Of a stretch of 64,000 nucleotides of DNA, positions 61,201 to 64,000 are shown in pieces. How positions within the stretch are numbered: the first letter of the stretch is position 1; every line of letters starts with the position of its first letter. The stretch lies in the IMG/VR virus record IMGVR_UViG_3300022752_000051; one strand, given 5' to 3'. This DNA comes from an uncultured virus (IMG/VR IMGVR_UViG_3300022752_000051). Lineage: Duplodnaviria > Heunggongvirae > Uroviricota > Caudoviricetes. Made by a program: the position numbers and the translations under genes. The notes under the pieces were generated by a model, which saw only the letters and a list, made by a program, of their open reading frames with translations, ran no database searches and was not told the DNA's origin.

Positions 61201-63259
61201 TACTGTTTGGTGTTGCTGTTATAGTCGGTGTAACTGTGTTAGTTGGTGTAGGAGTTTTAAATTCCGTTGATGATGGTGATGGTGTTAGAGTTGATGTAGG
61301 AGTTACTGAAGGAGTTGGATTCAAACAGAAATAACCACAAATATTAAATCTTTGTATTATTCCTTGATTTCCTCCGACATTTTGTGGTTGTTGAGGACTA
61401 CATATCAATTCTACTGGATTAACTGATGACGACATCGAGAGTGTCGTCAAAATTCCATCACAATTTGTGTATACGTAAACTGACTGTGCACCAAAACCAA
61501 CCAAACTTATTTGCCATAAGTAACAAGGGATTGAAGTACCACCATCACATATTGGTTGAGTTGCATTTGGTGTTGGTGGAGGTGTTTGTGAATTTGTATT
61601 TGTCGGTGTGAAACTAGGTGTCTGACTTAATGATAAACTGATAGTTGGTGTTGTTGAAGATGTTGGTGTTGACCTTGGAGTTTCTGTCGGTATTGGTGTT
61701 TGAAAAGGTGTTAATGGAGGTGTTGATGTATTTGTCGGTGTCAAAGGGGGGGTTGCCGTTGGACTATTTGTGGGTAAAGGTGTGACACCTGAACTCCGTG
61801 ACTGTGTAGGTGTTGGACTAAATGTTCTTGTTTGTGTTGGGGTTCTTGTGTTTGTACGTGTTGGTGTTTGGCTAGCGGTTATGGCGGGAGTACTTGTTTG
61901 AGTGGGTGTTGGGGTTTTAGTTGGAGTTTGAGTCGGTGGGATACAAAATAAACCACAAGTTCTGATAGGAGTTGCTGGGGTAAAACTACCAGTTCCTAAA
62001 AATGTCGGTATAATTCTCGAACAAACATAAGCAATCTCATTACTCGGGACATTTATAGAAACTTCAAGACCAGACGAACAATCTATTAAACTCCACTGAC
62101 CTGAACCTAAACCAGATTGACTAATTAAAAACTCAGTACAAGATTGAGAACCACCAATACAAGTTGCCAGAGGTGTGGAAGTTGGTGTTGGTGTGATTGT
62201 TTGTGTACTCGTTCTAGTAACTGTTGGTGTTGTTGTTCTAGTTGGTGATGGTGTAAGAGTAGGACAAACTGAGGTATTACATATTGGAGAAACTTGAGAT
62301 ACCGTATAGTCTGATGGTGTAACTAAAGTACCAAGGAAACTTAATTGTGAACATGAACAAATACAATTTGAGTAATTTACTGGAAAAAATTGTGCTGGAC
62401 TAGGCGATATAAACGATAATTGACCTTGACAATTTTGATATGTTATAAGTGTAATTCTGTTATTTGCAAAAATTCTAAAATTATAGGTTCTACAATCACA
62501 AGTAATATTAGTGGGTGTTTGGCTCGGAGTTATTGGAGGTGTTGCTGTGTTTGAAGGTGTTATTGATGGTGATGGTGTTAATGTTGGTGTTGGTGGAATA
62601 GGTGGACATAAACTCAGATCACATGAACTATATTGTAAAATAGAATAATCGCTCGGTAAAAGATTTTGTGTTCCACCTATTATTGGTTGTGAACAAGAAC
62701 AGAAACATTCAATTCTTCCTTGTGGAAAGTACGAAGGTGATGATATGAAACTAAACTGACCACTACAATTCGTATAACTAATTAAACTTACTTTGTTGTT
62801 TGATCTAATTGTAATTACATATGTGTTACAAGAACAAGAAGTTTTTGTTGGTGTAATACTTGGTGTAATATCTGGTGTTGTGGGTGGTGTTGACGTGTTT
62901 GTTGGTGTTGACGTGATTGTTGGAGTATTGGTAGGTGTTAAGGTTGGAGTTTCAGAAACTGGAAGTGTTGGCGGGTTTGAAGGTGTTATTGATGGTGATG
63001 GTGTTAAACTTATAGTTGGGGTGGGTGTGAGTAGAATTGGTAAACATAGATCTGAAATGATTTGGTAATTTGTTACATTGAACGCGGTTTGAAATGTACC
63101 TGATAAATAACTAAATTGAAATATTTCATTTGGTGCAAGGTTTCTATTTGTAACAGTCTCATTGTCACATCTATTATATGTTATTACAATAGTAATATTA
63201 CTTATATTTTGTATTGTCATTTGACAACACCTACATGTTCCTAGTATACAATTACTCAT
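55235..63259 (-). CDS. 2674-aa Cys-module / Thr-Pro-linker (mucin-like) giant protein
   Basis: About 15 C..(Y/W/F).I...Y(T)(D/N)C...(I/V)C(S/A) modules and three CC modules, separated by TPT(N/P/S)T tracts. Confidence 0.85.
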   Translation of the reverse strand: MSNCILGTCRCCQMTIQNISNITIVITYNRCDNETVTNRNLAPNEIFQFSYLSGTFQTAFNVTNYQIISDLCLPILLTPTPTISLTPSPSITPSNPPTLPVSETPTLTPTNTPTITSTPTNTSTPPTTPDITPSITPTKTSCSCNTYVITIRSNNKVSLISYTNCSGQFSFISSPSYFPQGRIECFCSCSQPIIGGTQNLLPSDYSILQYSSCDLSLCPPIPPTPTLTPSPSITPSNTATPPITPSQTPTNITCDCRTYNFRIFANNRITLITYQNCQGQLSFISPSPAQFFPVNYSNCICSCSQLSFLGTLVTPSDYTVSQVSPICNTSVCPTLTPSPTRTTTPTVTRTSTQTITPTPTSTPLATCIGGSQSCTEFLISQSGLGSGQWSLIDCSSGLEVSINVPSNEIAYVCSRIIPTFLGTGSFTPATPIRTCGLFCIPPTQTPTKTPTPTQTSTPAITASQTPTRTNTRTPTQTRTFSPTPTQSRSSGVTPLPTNSPTATPPLTPTNTSTPPLTPFQTPIPTETPRSTPTSSTTPTISLSLSQTPSFTPTNTNSQTPPPTPNATQPICDGGTSIPCYLWQISLVGFGAQSVYVYTNCDGILTTLSMSSSVNPVELICSPQQPQNVGGNQGIIQRFNICGYFCLNPTPSVTPTSTLTPSPSSTEFKTPTPTNTVTPTITATPNSTPPNTPTSTTTFINYIAENCCEDVVQSIVISLPSGIIINFNVDGVVFEGFRYYIIEPTDFTTYNIRYTSIIPNICSQSIGSPCPQPTPTTTITPTTTPTLSLSPTRTNPETNTPTPTNTPTNSETPTPPPTGTDLPTPPPTETPTNTPSDTGAPQNTPTPTPTKTSCSCKTYYIEVTKINCVTRIRYTDCSGTLIVLEAQSLLNLTFFPLNWSYYICSCSVPAFQGTCETPRGYFSEIGPGCLTFPTSTPTITTTPSNTTTPTVSPTETLVFSNYIAQNCCVIFGTTIVVSIPTGLNITTSTGVVYNGQCWLIGDLINLPYDFRTTDIFDNICDRCVPCPTLTPTRTSSPTPTPTNTLTLSPSISLSPSQSPTFTPTQTRCSCKTYSVTVNADAINNNITIIEYTDCNNLPQQIYGYQYTVSGVFPRNFQICFCSCSVPVGYGDGISPYPITIILTNEECVPASCPTNTPTLTTSPTQTPTNTFTPTTTETLTATPTQTETAEPTGSPRSTTTPTSTPSETPTNTPTNTSTPPTTETPTSTTTPSVTPTNTTTPSVSPTQTVSNTGTPPQTADVTQTPTVTQTPTVTCPPCFEYTITARGTITIGYTDCSNIPRINNLSNGQTISICSKNYPDLAGIAPTITTGSQCGNYCQPTPTPTNTTTPTNTTTKTSTNTPTNTISSTVTSTLTPTETPTNTPSNTFTPTETPTNTPTQTNTETAEPTGSPRNTTTPTSTPSETPTNTPTNTSTPPTTETPTNTPTPTNTSTNTQTPTNTQTPTNTITNSQTPTNTITNSQTQSPTSTTTLSATPTNTFTPTNSPTPTTSPTFTPTPSTTRCACKTYFIELVSDCNISSIRYTNCDNNLVNLTPTQPNPYFPIGYSISICACSATFTPIGGPQNCISIREDYPTCVTDPTPSATKTQSVTPTNTISQTNSPTQSPSSSVSPTQTSTPTPTNTISPSQTNTPTSSVSPSVTNTQTPTETPPTTPSPTPTTTTTPTPTTTTTLTATPTQTGTAEPTGSPRNTTTPTSTPSETPTNTPTNTSTPTTTETPTNTISPTNTISPTNTISPTNTNTQTPTNTITNTQTPTNTITNTQTTTQTPTYTTTPTVTPSRCACSTYVIDILVADRVRFLQIRDCDSGNIVSYWLPTNSPATRYCICSCSQPQGQGQGSLWTIDSVNPGCNEIYCLTPTPTLTPTSTNTQTPTSTPPSTPTTTLTASPTTTLTASPTTTLTASPSTTSTLTPTPTTSNTPTNTTTSTSTNTPTPSSTVTQTPSMTVTQTPSSTGNRECREYIITIVSPDIWGIKYIDCDNNTQIINYLNPGQLPGFNQVAQFTLGNTLVSPQELVICALETPILCCDLQCTIICPSNYATINQGGRCLLCFPCSQFLVTVQQGSPGIPFQGCVQEIVFRNCFDQTVYLTGSDLGYTTSYIPETRFTICACEKPTFTLAPNCEDAACVVKLSEDCTNRVCFTWEVFVPQNGSITNLTIVKCDEISRSQYSTTLFQGTYFICSLEVPTIITGTAGAFVKTQPTLTQICSNPIPNLPEPVGSCLEWQFTNLLDPGETVTFIYTNCDRGNFVMTVDDQFDADNFTICAYYTPIFISGSPTNDVFSRLLVFQSTINQCGCYYGCSSGVECLPLVRYLSEMSGQESWIIPYCGGPSVPQVGATVIGSPIPPNYAGVAYSACTVNPFQWWAWYSVVVNAPCTNLDYPLIVPNLQNPISVYGGWKGMSQDDIPGDTVFNLTTLGNNVPRLIANSCGCNDVGFSEEVCVVLRDCCTDNIIYTGTILNTNYIWVSLNYTVDNLGLTYCCLYFDEFVQPVVSPSEYGLYNHDYTYPNNRNGYIGFYQYTGCTVCNPPLPSLTPTTTTTPTPTPLPIYRWYFTNTSTLQQNYFSCAQNSCFIQNISVSRYSTNGGDLFNFLNNLGNNVIIEIFDSFSSRSRSFTITNTSILSNQTVFNFTVTPITNCPGTRNWNFSFNQSYGIKFNKR
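57493..57564. repeat. 24-bp coding tandem repeat x3 (TTTLTASP)
   Basis: taggacttgcggtcaaagtagttg at 57493, 57517 and 57541. Confidence 0.9.
58041..59698. repeat. three dispersed near-identical ~119-bp direct repeats
   Basis: Copies at about 58041-58159, 58929-59047 and 59580-59698, encoding AEPTGSPR(N/S)TTTPTSTPSETPTNTPTNTSTP.TTETPT. Confidence 0.9.
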
Positions 63260-63344
63260 TATTGGGAATTGATTTTTATCCTAACATAATTATCATACAA
63301 ACAAAATATTTCTCAATAACAAAATATTTATATTAAAAATTTTT

Positions 63345-64000
63345 ATGAATTTAGTACTCAATGAAACTCAATACGAACTACTCAAAAAAAATTTGTTGAA
63401 TGAGGATGGTGTCATCTCCGAAGCTACTGGGTGGAATACCTTTTTTGATGTTGTCGGAATATTTGATCCTTCGGGGATCGTTGATTTTCTAAACGGTGTT
63501 TCATATTTGAAACAAGGTGATACAGTTTTTGGTCTACTTTCTATGATTTCTGTTTTACCGTTTATTGGTGATTTAGCGGCAAAACCTCTTTTACTTTTAG
63601 GTAAATCTGGTGCAGTAATCAGAAAAACTGAATTAGCTATGAAAATGGTTAAAGCTGGTGAAATGGGTAAGGCGACCAAAATAATACAAGACTTATCCAA
63701 AACAAACAAACATTTGTCAAAATTGAAAAATACTGTAAGAACTTGGGGTCCTAAATTAATTGAGGGAATCGATAATTTACCTAAAGGTTATTTATTTCAG
63801 GGACTAAGAACAACAATCATTGATTGGATTAGATTATTTACAAATGCTAATCAAGGTTCTAGATCCGCCATTAGAATGGCACGTAGAGTATCAAAATTAC
63901 CACCAGGAGCACGTTTGAAACCATCTGAGGCTGAAAACATTCTTAAAAAAATGAACCAGTTAGCACAAAGTGACCAAAGATTATTTTCGGGTTTAGGTGG
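63345..64000 (+). CDS. 3'-truncated protein with pre-toxin-TG-like helical domain (absent from ORF track)
   Basis: MNLVLNETQYELLKKNLLNE...FFDVVGIFDPSGIVDFLNGVSYLKQGDTVFGLLSMISVLPFIGDLAAK, open to the window end; TATTTAT at 63325-31. Confidence 0.75.
   Translation, partial: MNLVLNETQYELLKKNLLNEDGVISEATGWNTFFDVVGIFDPSGIVDFLNGVSYLKQGDTVFGLLSMISVLPFIGDLAAKPLLLLGKSGAVIRKTELAMKMVKAGEMGKATKIIQDLSKTNKHLSKLKNTVRTWGPKLIEGIDNLPKGYLFQGLRTTIIDWIRLFTNANQGSRSAIRMARRVSKLPPGARLKPSEAENILKKMNQLAQSDQRLFSGLG

Noticed and set aside
21661..63068. Val/Gly-rich ORFs antisense to the Thr-Pro tracts (e.g. 21661-21966, 25040-25351, 58719-59249)
   Set aside because: Reverse complements of ACA/CCA-rich codons lack stops by composition; there is no independent evidence of coding.
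34169..63709. Antisense ORFs 34169-34510, 38745-39047, 49188-49706 and 63368-63709
   Set aside because: Each lies opposite a better-supported gene with recognisable motifs.
1..64000. Eukaryotic giant virus or bacterial chromosome origin
   Set aside because: SET, collagen, LRR and glyco genes look NCLDV-like, but sigma70, DnaG-type primase, amidase, coupled operons and Bacteroidota promoters indicate a bacterial system. Phage-type replication genes, DUF3310 and the lack of housekeeping operons favour a phage. No capsid or terminase gene is in the window to prove it.
1..64000. Alternative genetic code (stop-codon reassignment)
   Set aside because: TAA, TAG and TGA all end genes right at the next gene's start, and coding density is high under code 11.
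1..64000. tRNA, structured ncRNA, intrinsic terminators, introns or inteins
   Set aside because: Intergenic gaps are short and AT-rich. By eye I found no cloverleaf, convincing GC hairpin plus U-tract or intein motif; a covariance-model search would be needed to exclude them.

Overview
This 64-kb window is an AT-rich, densely coding, standard-genetic-code fragment, most likely from a large (jumbo/huge) tailed bacteriophage infecting Bacteroidota. Support: a Bacteroidota-type sigma70, TTTG-N20-TAnnTTTG promoters, no obvious Shine-Dalgarno sites, SprB repeats and an Hc1-like protein. Layout: (1) 1-4.2 kb, a 5'-truncated proline-free Gly-X-Ser collagen-like fibre and a SET-domain gene. (2) 4.2-14 kb, a glycosylation cluster with a GT4 + AAH/TibC-type protein O-heptosyltransferase-like fusion, two FkbM-like methyltransferases, a DegT-like aminotransferase, a GT + N-acetyltransferase fusion and further GTs. 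(3) 14-30 kb, LamG/delta-60 adhesin-like genes, a GT95/GT96-like protein O-glycosyltransferase, Cys-rich Thr-Pro mucin-like proteins and a tail/baseplate-like gene. (4) 30-39 kb, RuvC-like resolvase, primase, PD-(D/E)XK nuclease, split Mre11/Rad50 and sigma70. (5) 39-54 kb, a lysis-like cassette, putative head-internal proteins, Hc1-like protein, DnaJ, an LRR protein, thioredoxin, glutaredoxin, type II glutamine synthetase and DUF3310. (6) 54-64 kb, a 2674-aa Cys/Thr-Pro modular protein and a 3'-truncated pre-toxin-TG-like gene. The best candidate for a novel system is phage-encoded protein O-glycosylation that builds a glycan coat on collagen- and mucin-like virion proteins. All family assignments come from motif recognition by eye; no searches were run. 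No tRNA, rRNA, CRISPR array or transposase was recognised.
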